A stretch of 64,000 nt of DNA from Acetobacteraceae bacterium (GTDB lineage Bacteria; Pseudomonadota; Alphaproteobacteria; Acetobacterales; Acetobacteraceae). The first letter of the stretch is position 1. Each line of letters begins with the position of its first letter. The notes beneath the pieces were generated by a model. That model worked only from the letters and a program-made list of their open reading frames with translations, was not told the DNA's origin and did not search any database. Of this stretch, positions 28,349 to 39,023 are shown piece by piece. The translations under genes and the position numbers were made by a program. The stretch lies in contig CBDAQB010000002.1 of NCBI GenBank assembly GCA_965198825.1, positions 431,209 to 495,208 of the forward strand. Reading direction: 5' to 3'.

Positions 28349-29395
28349 ATGCCTGACGGATATTGCGCGCCAAGCCACGCTACTCTGCGCTCGACCAGCG
28401 ATCTGATCGAGGCCGGGCTGGTGAACGAGACAGAACGCGACGCGCTCGAGGCGGTCGGCGCGCGCTATGCGGTGGCGATCACTCCGACCCTGCGAGCGCT
28501 CATCGATGCGCCGGATGATCCGGTCGGGCGTCAATTCGTCCCGAGTGCTGCGGAGCTGCTGGCCGAACCTTCGCAGGATCCCGATCCGACGGGCGATGCG
28601 GTGTTCTCGCCGGTGCCCGGCATCGTGCACCGGTATCCCGACCGGGCATTGCTGAAGCCGCTTCTCGTCTGCCCGACATACTGCCGCTTCTGCTTCCGCC
28701 GCGAGCATGTGGGGCCGGATGGCGGGGTGCTCGGCGAGGCGGCGCTCGACCGCGCGCTGGCCTATCTGCGTGCGACGCCCGCGGTGCGGGAGGTGATCCT
28801 CACGGGGGGCGACCCGCTGATGCTATCGCCGCGGCGGCTCGGGCTCATCCTGAAAGCCCTGGACGCCATGCCGCATGTCGAGTTGTTGCGCATTCATACA
28901 CGGGTGCCCGTCGCCGATCCCGGTCGGGTGACCGATGCGTTGACGGCCGTTCTGGAAACGCAGACACCGCTCTGGCTTGCGGTGCATGCCAATCACGCCA
29001 GCGAGTTCTCCGCAGAGGCGGCGGTTGCCTTGCGCCGTATTCGGGCGCGAGGCGTGCCGCTGCTGGGCCAGTCGGTGCTGCTGCGTGGGGTCAACGACAG
29101 CGAGGCGGCACTGGAGGCTCTGTTCCGGGCCATGCTGCAAGCGCGGATGAAGCCCTATTATCTGCATCAGCTCGATGCGGCGCCCGGCACGGCGCATTTC
29201 CATGTGCCCATAGCAGAAGGGCAACGGCTGATGGCGGCGCTTCGCGGCCGGATCAGCGGTCTGGCCCTTCCGACTTACATCCTCGACATTGCCGGGGGAT
29301 ACGGGAAGGTGCCGGTCGGGCCCGGATATCTCGAAGCGGGCACGGTGCGGGATCCCTGGGGCACCGCGCATGCGCTTGCTGAGGGCACATCCTGA
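28349..29395 (+). CDS. epmB: Lysine 2,3-aminomutase (EF-P beta-lysylation)
   Basis: HRYPDR, CPTYCRFCFRR radical-SAM motif, TGGDPL, PYYLH; next to epmA/efp. Confidence 0.9.
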   Translation: MPDGYCAPSHATLRSTSDLIEAGLVNETERDALEAVGARYAVAITPTLRALIDAPDDPVGRQFVPSAAELLAEPSQDPDPTGDAVFSPVPGIVHRYPDRALLKPLLVCPTYCRFCFRREHVGPDGGVLGEAALDRALAYLRATPAVREVILTGGDPLMLSPRRLGLILKALDAMPHVELLRIHTRVPVADPGRVTDALTAVLETQTPLWLAVHANHASEFSAEAAVALRRIRARGVPLLGQSVLLRGVNDSEAALEALFRAMLQARMKPYYLHQLDAAPGTAHFHVPIAEGQRLMAALRGRISGLALPTYILDIAGGYGKVPVGPGYLEAGTVRDPWGTAHALAEGTS

Positions 29396-29465
29396 GGGCT
29401 AGAAGCCCGGCCAGCCGCATTCGCGATCCAATCTCCCTCATAAATCCAGAAAGTTCTGTTTTCTC

Positions 29466-30032
29466 ATGAAGCAGCAGGCGAACCTCATTCGGGCCGGCCA
29501 GGTCATCGAACACGATGGCAGGCGCTGGACGGTGCTCAAGCAGCAGATCATCACGCCCGGCAAGGGCGGCGCCTTCATCCAGGTGGAGATGCGCGACCTC
29601 AAGACAGGCAACAAGACGAACGAGCGCTGGCGCACCGCCGATACCGTCGAGCGTCTGATGACCGACAACAAGGAATACACCTACTCTTACACGGACGGGG
29701 ACAACATCGTCCTGATGGATCCCGAGACGTTCGAGCAGACCATCGTGCCGACCGTGATCCTGGGCGACCAGGCGCCGTTCCTGCAGGACAACATGGTCAT
29801 CGAGCTCGATCTGGTGGAAGGCGAGCCGGTCGGCGCGCATCTGCCGCAGATGGTGACGTTGGAGGTGGTCGAGGCCGATCCGGTGGTGAAGGGCCAGACG
29901 GCGAGTTCGTCCTACAAGCCGGCAAAATTGTCGAATGGGGTGAAGACGCTGGTGCCGCCTTTTGTGGAAGCTGGCGAGCGGATCGTTGTGCGCACCGAGG
30001 ATGGCTCCTACGTCGAGCGCGCGAAGGGGTAG
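29466..30032 (+). CDS. efp: Elongation factor P
   Basis: TPGKGGAF loop with modifiable Lys; SSSYKPA, VPPFV. Confidence 0.97.
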   Translation: MKQQANLIRAGQVIEHDGRRWTVLKQQIITPGKGGAFIQVEMRDLKTGNKTNERWRTADTVERLMTDNKEYTYSYTDGDNIVLMDPETFEQTIVPTVILGDQAPFLQDNMVIELDLVEGEPVGAHLPQMVTLEVVEADPVVKGQTASSSYKPAKLSNGVKTLVPPFVEAGERIVVRTEDGSYVERAKG

Positions 30033-30064
30033 GATTGAGCCCCTCTGCGCCCTATGATCACACG

Positions 30065-30241
30065 ATGGACACAGCACCCGCACGCGACGAGGCTGAGCTG
30101 GAGCGTGAACTCAGGCTTGTCGAAGAAGCACGGGCGGACGTGCGCGCTGGTCGTTTAGTGCCGTTTGAAGCGGTGCAAGACTGGATCGAAAGTATCGGCA
30201 CCGACCATGAGCTGCCGCCGCCACGTGCTAAGCCGGAATAG
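30065..30241 (+). CDS. Putative type II antitoxin
   Basis: 58 aa acidic; ARADVRAGRLVPFEAV..WIES.GT..EL.PP pattern; directly upstream of a ParE-like ORF. Confidence 0.6.
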   Translation: MDTAPARDEAELERELRLVEEARADVRAGRLVPFEAVQDWIESIGTDHELPPPRAKPE

Positions 30242-30552
30242 GGTTATCAATCACCCTACCGCGCGAGATCAACCTCACCGAACGCGCGATCTCAGATCTG
30301 GAGGAAGTGCAAGCTTGGTATTCGCAGCCAGGCGCGGGACAAGCGGCAAGTAACCTGCTCCATCGGCTTGCGGCGGCGATAGCGACCCTTTCGCACCTGC
30401 CATGTTTCTACGCGGCGGCGAAAGCACCGGGCACCCGGGTAATGATTTGCGGTCGGCACCGCGTCCTCTACGCGGTCGATCCGGATACGAATGACAACGC
30501 CACGGCTGGCGATATTTTGATTTTGCGCGTCCGTGGTCCAGGGACGCTCTGA
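30238..30552 (+). CDS. ParE/RelE-family toxin-like ORF lacking a canonical start
   Basis: Frame open from 30232: ..PREINLTERAISDLEEVQAWY..RLAAAI..L..GTRVMICGRHRVLYAV..ILILRV; first GTG (30307) is internal; start at ATA 30238 is a guess. Confidence 0.6.
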   Translation: MGLSITLPREINLTERAISDLEEVQAWYSQPGAGQAASNLLHRLAAAIATLSHLPCFYAAAKAPGTRVMICGRHRVLYAVDPDTNDNATAGDILILRVRGPGTL

Positions 30553-30564
30553 CAAGGAGTTTCG

Positions 30565-31404
30565 GTGGCCCTACGCCTTACGCCGCATATGACCGTCATG
30601 CAGAACGCTGCGCAAAAAGCTTCCAAGCGGCTTTTGCGGGATTTCAATGAAGTCGAGCAGTTGCAAGTCAGCGTCAAAGGGCCGTCCGACTTCGTCAGCC
30701 AGGCAGACCTGCGCGCCGAAGCCACCATACGCGAGGAACTCGCGAAGGCGCGTCCCGGATACGCCTTCCTCATGGAAGAGAGCGGCGCGTCCGGCGGCGA
30801 CAACTGGACGTGGCGCTGGGTCGTCGATCCTTTAGACGGCACCACGAACTTTTTGCACGGCATCCCTCACTGGTGCATCTCCATCGGACTGCAACGCAGG
30901 CAGCCGGACGGCACCATCGAAGTCGCCGCGGGCATGGTCTACAGCCCGGCCGCAGACGAAATGTTCTGGGCCGAGAAGGGCGGCGGTGCGTTCCTCAACG
31001 AACGGCGCCTGCGCGTCTCGGCACGGCGCGACATGAAGGACGCGCTGTTCGCGACAGGCATTCCGTTCGCGGCCGTCACCACGCGCAACCGCCTCGCCTT
31101 CGCCCGCACGCTCGGCGCGATTATGCCGGCAACCGCCGGCGTGCGCCGCTTCGGCTCTGCAGCCCTCGACCTCGCCTGGGTCGCTGCCGGCCGTTACGAC
31201 GGCTACTGGGAACTGGGGCTCAAGGCCTGGGATGCGGCCGCGGGGCTGCTGCTGGTGCGCGAAGCGGGCGGCACGGTGACCGATCCTGCAGGCGCCGAGT
31301 TCAATATCAGCGATGGGCCTGACAACGACGTCGTCGCGGGGAATGCGCATTTGCAGCCGAAGCTGCGCGAGCTGGTCGAGGACGGGATCGCGGCCGCAGG
31401 TTGA
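30565..31404 (+). CDS. suhB: Inositol monophosphatase family protein
   Basis: DFVSQAD, WVVDPLDGTTNF, RRFGSAALDL, WDAAAG. Confidence 0.92.
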   Translation: MALRLTPHMTVMQNAAQKASKRLLRDFNEVEQLQVSVKGPSDFVSQADLRAEATIREELAKARPGYAFLMEESGASGGDNWTWRWVVDPLDGTTNFLHGIPHWCISIGLQRRQPDGTIEVAAGMVYSPAADEMFWAEKGGGAFLNERRLRVSARRDMKDALFATGIPFAAVTTRNRLAFARTLGAIMPATAGVRRFGSAALDLAWVAAGRYDGYWELGLKAWDAAAGLLLVREAGGTVTDPAGAEFNISDGPDNDVVAGNAHLQPKLRELVEDGIAAAG

Positions 31405-31419
31405 GGCGGCAAACCGGCC

Positions 31420-32463
31420 CTACGCGGGCGCTGCGAAAATCTGCTTGACGGCCATCGCACGGCCGGGGCGCCCGACGATGGCGACGCCATCGCCGGCCTC
31501 TATGACGACGCTCGCCGGAGGCTGCATGTGGCTGCTGCCGTCCCGGCGCTCCAGTGCCACCACCATGAAAGCGCCCGCCGCCAGCGTCTCCAGCTCGGCA
31601 ATTGTCGCGCCTACGCTGGGACTGCCGGTTACCGCGGAGACGACCTCCAGATCGAGGCCGAGACGGCGGAGATCACGCACCAGGCCGCGCTTAGAATCAC
31701 CCTCCTTCAGCATGTCGGTGACCTCGGGATAAAGCAGCAACTCGGCAATGCGCTCGGCTCCGATATGGGTCGGCAGCACCACGCGGTGCGCCCCCGCATG
31801 CAGCAGCTTGCTCTCCGTGGAAGGCGCCTCGCCGCGCGCGATGATGGTGAGCTTGGGATTGAGGCTGCGCGCACTGAGCGTAATGAAAACATTGGCCGCA
31901 TCGTCAGGCAGCACGGTCGCCAAGGCGCGCGCGCGGCCGATTCCGGCAGCAACCAGACACTCCTCGTCCGTCGCATCCCCCTGCAGCACCAGAAAACCGG
32001 CGTCGCGCGCACTCCCCAGGCGCCCGTCGCTGCGCTCCAGGACAACGAACTTCATGCCGCCCGCCTTGAGGTCGCGTGCCAGCATCAGCCCGATGCGGCC
32101 GTAGCCGCAGATGATGACGTGGTCCGATAGCGCCTCGATTTCCTTCTGCATCCGGCGCACTCCGAAAAACTGTTGGAACTGGCTTACGGTGATCAACTGG
32201 ACCAGCGCACCGGTGAGGAAAATCATGCCCGTGCAGCCGAATACGATCAGGCCGATCGTAATGAAGCGCAACAACGGGGTGGTAATCGGCCGAACCTCGC
32301 CATACCCGACGGTGAAAACCGTCATAACCACCATGTAGACAGCGTCGGAGTAGCTCCACCCGGCAAGGTAGATGTACGCCAGTATGGCCAGCGCACTGAC
32401 CACGATCATGAACACGACGCCGGCCAGGAGATTACGGAGCGGGGAGCCGAGGAACTGTTGCAT
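31420..32463 (-). CDS. Potassium channel with RCK (TrkA-N/TrkA-C) domains
   Basis: TVGYG selectivity filter, GYGRIG Rossmann motif, GDAT. Confidence 0.9.
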   Translation of the reverse strand: MQQFLGSPLRNLLAGVVFMIVVSALAILAYIYLAGWSYSDAVYMVVMTVFTVGYGEVRPITTPLLRFITIGLIVFGCTGMIFLTGALVQLITVSQFQQFFGVRRMQKEIEALSDHVIICGYGRIGLMLARDLKAGGMKFVVLERSDGRLGSARDAGFLVLQGDATDEECLVAAGIGRARALATVLPDDAANVFITLSARSLNPKLTIIARGEAPSTESKLLHAGAHRVVLPTHIGAERIAELLLYPEVTDMLKEGDSKRGLVRDLRRLGLDLEVVSAVTGSPSVGATIAELETLAAGAFMVVALERRDGSSHMQPPASVVIEAGDGVAIVGRPGRAMAVKQIFAAPA

Positions 32464-32500
32464 TCTCACGCCATTGTTCGGCGTGTACTAGGAGTTTGTC

Positions 32501-32887
32501 ATGAGTTTTCCCTTCGCACTGCCGGACTGGGTGCCGGCCTGGATCCAGCTCCTGATCCTCGTCGTGGGCATCATGCTGCTGCTCTGCTTCGCCTGCATGC
32601 CGTTCAGCGTGTTCGGCGTGAAAAGCCGGCTCGAAGCGGTCGAAGCAAGGCTCGACGAAATTCAGGGCGAAATCCGCATGCTGGCGTTGCGCCTGCCCGA
32701 ACCAGGCCGGGGCGCCGCCTACGAGGAAGAACCCGTCGCCCGCCGCTCCCCTGCCGAGCCCGAACGCGAATTGCGCGCCCGGCCGCCTATTCCACCCGTC
32801 GCCTGGCGTGCTGATACCGGCGTCCGTTCGCGCAATCTGCCGCCTGCCGATGGGAAGCCTCGGGCTGAGCCTCGGTTGTCTCGGTAA
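32501..32887 (+). CDS. Hypothetical membrane protein
   Basis: N-terminal TM, PFSVFGVKSRL, coiled coil, Pro/Arg-rich tail; GGAG RBS. Confidence 0.65.
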   Translation: MSFPFALPDWVPAWIQLLILVVGIMLLLCFACMPFSVFGVKSRLEAVEARLDEIQGEIRMLALRLPEPGRGAAYEEEPVARRSPAEPERELRARPPIPPVAWRADTGVRSRNLPPADGKPRAEPRLSR

Positions 32888-32896
32888 AGGCAAGGG

Positions 32897-33034
32897 AAGG
32901 CCAGGGGCTCTGCCCCTGGACCCCGCTGGGGCCTAGAGGCCCCAGACCCCCGTGAGTTTGCACCGAGCTTACTTTTGAGAAATGGGGTCTGGGGACGAGT
33001 CCCCAGCGGGATCCAGGGGCAGAGCCCCTGGCCT
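32897..33034. repeat. Family B complete copy
   Basis: AAGGCCAGGGGCTCTGCCCCTGGACCCCGCTGGGGCCTAGAGGCCCCAGACCCC ... GGGGTCTGGGGACGAGTCCCCAGCGGGATCCAGGGGCAGAGCCCCTGGCCT. Confidence 0.95.
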
Positions 33035-34165
33035 AACTTCCGCTTGCCTACTGAACAGCACCAAATCATCCCGATGGATTAGCTCGTCGCGTCCCCGCCA
33101 TCCGAGCAAAGCCTCGATCTTCTCCGACCGATGGCCGGCGATGCGGGAAGCGTCGGCAGAGCCATAACCGGAGAGACCGCGGGCGAGGGTGACCCCATCG
33201 GCGGAGACCACGACGACGGCATCGCCACGCTCGAAATTGCCTGAGACCTGCACCACGCCGGCTGGAAGCAAGGACCCGCCGGCGGCGAGGGCGTGGGCGG
33301 CGCCGGGATCGACCACATAAGTACCGGCGGGGGCGAGGCTGCCGGCAATCCAGCGTTTGCGGGCGGAGCGGCCACCCGGGGCGGGGAGGAACCATGTGCA
33401 GCGGCCGCCTTGCTGCCAGGCGGCGAGGGGATGATCGCGGTGGCCGAGGGCAATGGCCATGGCGCAGCCGGCTTGGGTAGCGATGCGGCCTGCGGCGAGT
33501 TTGGTTCGCATGCCGCCTGAGGAGAAGCCGGGCGGGGGTTCGCCGGCGGCGGCTTCGATGGCGGGCGTGATGGCGTCCACGACGGGGAGATGGGTGGCGG
33601 CCGGGTTCTGGCGCGGGTCGGCGGTGTAAAGGCCGTCGATGTCGGAGAGCAGGACGAGCTGGTCTGCCTCGATCATTTCGGCGACGCGGGCGGCGAGGCG
33701 GTCGTTGTCGCCGAAGCGGATTTCGGCGGTGGCAACGCTGTCGTTCTCGTTAATGACGGGAATGCAGCCGAGGCTCAGCAGCGTGCGAAGGGTGGCGCGG
33801 GCGTTGAGATAGCGGCGGCGGTCCTCGGTATCTTCCAGGGTGAGAAGAAGCTGGGCGGCGACGAGGCCATGCGCGGCGAGCGCCTGCGTCCAGGCCTGGG
33901 CGAGCCGTATCTGGCCGACTGCGGCGGCCGCCTGCTTCTCCTCAAGGCGGAGCTTCGGCTGGAGGAGGCCGAGTGTGCGGCGGGCGAGAGCGATGGCGCC
34001 CGAGGAGACGACGATCACCTCGGTGCCGCGCGCCCGGGCGGCGGCGATATCGGCGGCGACGCCGTTCAGCCAGGCGTCTCGTGGGGCGGCGGCCTCCTGG
34101 TCCACCACGAGCGCGCTGCCGATTTTGACGACGAGGAGGCGGGCTTGAGCGGGGTTTGGGGTCAT
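32969..34165 (-). CDS. proB: Glutamate 5-kinase
   Basis: VVKIGS, VSSGAI, INENDSV, FGDND, GGMRTK, PUA domain; ATG 34165; last 21 aa come from the family B element. Confidence 0.95.
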   Translation of the reverse strand: MTPNPAQARLLVVKIGSALVVDQEAAAPRDAWLNGVAADIAAARARGTEVIVVSSGAIALARRTLGLLQPKLRLEEKQAAAAVGQIRLAQAWTQALAAHGLVAAQLLLTLEDTEDRRRYLNARATLRTLLSLGCIPVINENDSVATAEIRFGDNDRLAARVAEMIEADQLVLLSDIDGLYTADPRQNPAATHLPVVDAITPAIEAAAGEPPPGFSSGGMRTKLAAGRIATQAGCAMAIALGHRDHPLAAWQQGGRCTWFLPAPGGRSARKRWIAGSLAPAGTYVVDPGAAHALAAGGSLLPAGVVQVSGNFERGDAVVVVSADGVTLARGLSGYGSADASRIAGHRSEKIEALLGWRGRDELIHRDDLVLFSRQAEVRPGALPLDPAGDSSPDPISQK

Positions 34166-34167
34166 TG

Positions 34168-34310
34168 CGAGAAGGAAGCAAGCAAGTTCTTTTTTGAAAA
34201 AAAGAACCAAAAAACTTTTGCGAGTTTAGGCCGGGCTTGAGGACGTGCGCGGCCTAAACGGGTGAAAGTTTTTTGCTTCTTTTTTTCAAAAAAGAAGTGC
34301 TTGCCTTCCT
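34168..34310. repeat. Family A copy 9 (complete), fills the obg-proB gap
   Basis: Both arms; 44-45 bp spacer containing hairpin TTTAGGCCG..CGGCCTAAA. Confidence 0.95.
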
Positions 34311-35321
<1,011 letters not shown>

Positions 35322-35347
35322 TCAGGACCTGGGGGCGGACAGCGATC

Positions 35348-35376
35348 GGAGCCGGAGGGGCCTGATCCCCGGCTCC
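35348..35376. other. Stem-loop between rpmA and obg
   Basis: GGAGCCGG ... CCGGCTCC stem; no U-tract. Confidence 0.4.
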
Positions 35377-35390
35377 AGACCTCTGATGGA

Positions 35391-35660
35391 CTACTCGGCT
35401 GCGGCGGGCAGCGCTTCGACCGAGACATAGACGCGGTTATCGGCCCGTGTCTGGAATTTTACGTGGCCTTCGACGACGGCGAAGATCGTGTGGTCCTTGC
35501 CGAGGCCGACGTTGGTGCCTGGCTTCCAGCGCGTGCCGCGCTGGCGGATGATGATGTTGCCAGGGACGACGACTTCGCCGCCGTATTTCTTGACGCCTAG
35601 GCGCCGGCCTTCTGTATCGCGGCCGTTGCGGGAGGAGCCGCCTGCCTTCTTGTGTGCCAT
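35391..35660 (-). CDS. rpmA: 50S ribosomal protein L27
   Basis: [25 protein letters not shown]. Confidence 0.98.
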   Translation of the reverse strand: MAHKKAGGSSRNGRDTEGRRLGVKKYGGEVVVPGNIIIRQRGTRWKPGTNVGLGKDHTIFAVVEGHVKFQTRADNRVYVSVEALPAAAE

Positions 35661-35678
35661 GAGGGTGTCTCCTGCGTC

Positions 35679-35993
35679 CTACGCGGGGATGATGTCGGCG
35701 ACGCGCAGCACGGTGATGTGCTGGCGGTGGCCATTCTTGCGGCGGCTGTTCTGCCGGCGGCGCTTCTTGAAGATAATCACCTTGTCCAGGCGATCCTGCG
35801 CGATCACGGTGGCCGTCACGCTCGCCCCTTCGACGATCGGCTTGCCGATGGTGATGCCGGCATCGGAGCCGACGGCGAGGACATCGGTAAAGGTGAAGGT
35901 GGAGCCGGGTTCGGCATCCAGCTTCTCGACCTTGAGCACCAGGTTTGGCGTCACCCGGTACTGTTTTCCGCCTGTGCGGATGACAGCAAACAT
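35679..35993 (-). CDS. rplU: 50S ribosomal protein L21
   Basis: [12 protein letters not shown] at ATG 35993; [16 protein letters not shown]. Confidence 0.97.
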   Translation of the reverse strand: MFAVIRTGGKQYRVTPNLVLKVEKLDAEPGSTFTFTDVLAVGSDAGITIGKPIVEGASVTATVIAQDRLDKVIIFKKRRRQNSRRKNGHRQHITVLRVADIIPA

Positions 35994-36212
35994 CGACCAG
36001 AACTCCATGCGTGAGCGCTGTTCGCGCCCAATTCTTGTTATGAGGGCGGCTGCGCGCCCTGCATTCGCCGCTGGCTTATGCCAAACGACGAAACCCGCAT
36101 GGTTGTCCACGCGGGCCGCGCTGGATAGCGGGGCCAGGGCTGGAATGTCAAGCAGGGGCAGCGGGCCTTGCGTGGCCTGATGCCCGGCGGCTATATGCCG
36201 CCTCCCAGCGGC

Positions 36213-36288
36213 GGGGCCGTAGCTCAGTTGGGAGAGCGCCTGAATGGCATTCAGGAGGTCAGGGGTTCGATTCCCCTCGGCTCCACCA
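36213..36288 (+). tRNA. tRNA-Ala (GGC)
   Basis: 76 nt GGGGCCG..TAGCTCAGTTGGGAGAGC, anticodon stem CCTGA/TCAGG with loop ATGGCAT, GTTCGATTC T-loop, encoded CCA. Confidence 0.97.
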
Positions 36289-36437
36289 CCCGCCGCCTGC
36301 GAAAAACTCCCATTCGATGCGTCGGCTGCTGCACTTGGGCGCGGCGCATCTTTACCCGGTGCTGGTGAAACCGGCTACAGAGGGCGGGTCGAGGTCTAGC
36401 CAGACGCGACCGCTCAGTCAGCAGGCTTGGACCAGAT

Positions 36438-39023
36438 TTGAAGCAGAATAACGCGATTTCTTCGGTAGTGGCTTTTTGCGTCTTGCGCCCACGGGCGGTC
36501 GTTCTGGCGTTCGTGCTGATGGGCCTCGCCTGCGCCGGGTATGCGGCAGTCGGCCTGAAAATGACGACCGACTTGCGGCTGCTGTTCAGCCCAAGGCTGG
36601 CTTGGGTTCAGCGCGATGCCGCGGACCGTGCTGCATTTCCGCAGTTCCAGGATCTGATCGTGGCGGTCGTCGATGCGCGTATCCCGGAAGAGGCGGAGGC
36701 GACGGCGGCTGGCCTGGCGGACAAGCTGGCCTTGGACCACCAGCATTTCCTCAGCGTCGCCCGTCCTGACGCCTCGCCCTACCTGCAGGAGGAGGGGCTG
36801 CTCTTCCTGCCGACAGCCACGTTGTCGGATCTGCTCGACCGAACGGTGGATGCCGAGCCGTTCCTGGGGCAGTTGGCGGCCGATCCCAGTGCGCGGGGTT
36901 TGTTCGGTGCGCTTGGCCTGATCGGGGTGGGCGTGACGCGCGGGCAGGCGAACCTCGAGAGTTTCGCCCCGGCGCTTCGGGCCTTCCACGCAACGTTATC
37001 GGAAGCGGTACAGGGGAATGCAAAGCCGCTCTCCTGGGAGAGCCTGCTGGCGGGAGCGGCCGCCAAGCTCGCCGGACCCGACCGCATCGTCCTGCTCAAG
37101 CCGCGGCAGGATTATGGCGCGTTTCAGCCGGGAGCACAGGCGACCGCCGCCTTGCGTGCCGCGGCCGGCTCGCTGGAGTTCGTGAAGTCCGGCGATGCGC
37201 ATGTGTCGCTGACAGGAACGGTGCCGCTGGCGGACGAGGAGTTCTCCTCAGCCGCCAAGGGCGCGTTCCTCGGGCTGTTCGTGACCTTCGCTCTCATCGT
37301 GCTGTGGCTCTACCTGGCGCTGGGGAGCTGGCGTTTGATCCTGCCTGTGGCTGCGACCTTGCTGCTGGGGCTTGCGCTGACGACGGGTTTCGCCGCCGTG
37401 TCGGTAGGGACGCTGAACCTGATATCGGTCGCCTTCGCGATCCTGTTCGTGGGCATCGCGGTGGATTTCGCCATCCAATTCGCCGTGCGCTTCCGCGATC
37501 TGCGGCGCGGCGCGGCGACGATCGAGGCGGCGCTGGCGCTAACAGGAGGGCGGGTCGGCAGGCAGGTTCTCGTCGCCAGTGCCGCGACGGCCTCGGGATT
37601 TCTGGCCTTCGTGCCGACCGACTTCCGCGGCATGGCGGAGTTGGGGCAGATCGCCGGCGGCGGCATGCTCATCGCCTTCGCCTGCACGTTGACCTTCCTG
37701 CCCGCCATGCTGACCTTGTGCCGGCCGAAGGAAGATGCCGAGGAGATCGGGTTTGGCTGGGCGGCGCCGGCGGACCGGGTCATGGCACGGCTGCGTTGGC
37801 CGGTTCTTATGGCGGCAGGCGGGCTCTTCGTGGCTGGCGTGCTCCTCGCACCTTCGCTCGCGTTCGACAGCAACACGCTGCACACCAAGAGGCAGGACAG
37901 CGAAGCGGTGCAGACGCTGATGCGCCTGTTGCGCAATCCGGTGACCAACCCCTTCACCATCGACGTTCTGCGGCCCAGCCCGGCGGCGGCCTTGGCGCTC
38001 GCCGCGCCGATGTCCCGCCTCGTCCTGGTCGATCACGTGGTAACGGTCGATAGCTTCGTGCCAGCCGATCAAGGCGCGAAGCTGGCTATCATCAAGGATG
38101 CGGCGGGGCTGCTGCAGCCTGCACTCTCGCCGGCCCCGGCCTTGCCGGCCTCAACGGCGGACGTCCGCGCGGCGCTCACATCCTGCCTGGCAAAACTGCA
38201 GCCTGCGCTGAGCCGGCTTCCACCGGGCAATCCGCTTGGCAATATCGTGAAGGATATGCAGGCGCTTCAGGCATCGTCGGACGCGACGCTCGGCGCGGCG
38301 GCCGCGGCACTGGTGCGGTTCCTGACCCCTGAACTGGATCGCCTGCGTCTGGCTCTGGGTGCCGGTGCGGTAGGCGTCGCCGACGTACCCGCCGACATCA
38401 GGCGCGATTACGTATTGCCGGACGGGCGTGCGCGCATCGTGGTGGTGCCGAAAACCACGGTGAGCGACGGGCGCATACTTGACCGGTTCGTCGAACAGGC
38501 CGTGGCTGTAGCGCCGGATGCTTCAGGGCCGGCAATCACCATCGTTTCCACGGCACGGACAATCATCCGCGCTTTCGCCATCGCGGCATCGCTTTCCGTG
38601 ATTGCCATAGGATGCATTCTCTTCATCGCGCTTAGGAGCGTGCGCGACGTGATGCTGGTGCTGGCGCCGTTGTTCCTGTCGGCCGCGCTCACCGTAGTGG
38701 TGATGCGGCTGACAGGGATCGTGCTGAACTATGCCAACATCATCGCCTTGCCGTTGCTTCTCGGCGTAGGCGTGTCTTTCAGCATTTACTTCGTGATGAA
38801 TTTTCGCCTGGGCCAGGCACCACGGCTGACATCCGCCACCAGCCGCGCCACCGTGCTGTCCGCCCTGACGACAGGCACCGCGTTCGCGTCGCTGGCGGTG
38901 TCCGCGCATCCGGGCAGCGCTACCATGGGAACATTGCTTCTCATCGGCCTTGGAAACACCCTGCTGGCAACGCTGGTGTTCCTGCCGGCACTGCTTGGGT
39001 TGCTACGCGGAGCTGCCCGCTAG
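36438..39023 (+). CDS. MMPL/RND lipid transporter, HpnN-like (hopanoid-associated)
   Basis: 861 aa, two TM bundles; LNLISVAFAILFVGIAVDFAIQF, PLLLGVGVSFSIYFV, SAHPG...MG. Confidence 0.8.
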   Translation: MKQNNAISSVVAFCVLRPRAVVLAFVLMGLACAGYAAVGLKMTTDLRLLFSPRLAWVQRDAADRAAFPQFQDLIVAVVDARIPEEAEATAAGLADKLALDHQHFLSVARPDASPYLQEEGLLFLPTATLSDLLDRTVDAEPFLGQLAADPSARGLFGALGLIGVGVTRGQANLESFAPALRAFHATLSEAVQGNAKPLSWESLLAGAAAKLAGPDRIVLLKPRQDYGAFQPGAQATAALRAAAGSLEFVKSGDAHVSLTGTVPLADEEFSSAAKGAFLGLFVTFALIVLWLYLALGSWRLILPVAATLLLGLALTTGFAAVSVGTLNLISVAFAILFVGIAVDFAIQFAVRFRDLRRGAATIEAALALTGGRVGRQVLVASAATASGFLAFVPTDFRGMAELGQIAGGGMLIAFACTLTFLPAMLTLCRPKEDAEEIGFGWAAPADRVMARLRWPVLMAAGGLFVAGVLLAPSLAFDSNTLHTKRQDSEAVQTLMRLLRNPVTNPFTIDVLRPSPAAALALAAPMSRLVLVDHVVTVDSFVPADQGAKLAIIKDAAGLLQPALSPAPALPASTADVRAALTSCLAKLQPALSRLPPGNPLGNIVKDMQALQASSDATLGAAAAALVRFLTPELDRLRLALGAGAVGVADVPADIRRDYVLPDGRARIVVVPKTTVSDGRILDRFVEQAVAVAPDASGPAITIVSTARTIIRAFAIAASLSVIAIGCILFIALRSVRDVMLVLAPLFLSAALTVVVMRLTGIVLNYANIIALPLLLGVGVSFSIYFVMNFRLGQAPRLTSATSRATVLSALTTGTAFASLAVSAHPGSATMGTLLLIGLGNTLLATLVFLPALLGLLRGAAR

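Noticed and set aside
27275-30032. epmA-epmB-efp cluster as a novelty
   Set aside because: Well-known EF-P beta-lysylation pathway with the canonical PGKG lysine
30035-30552. Integron cassette origin for the toxin-antitoxin pair
   Set aside because: No attC-like structure or integrase could be identified
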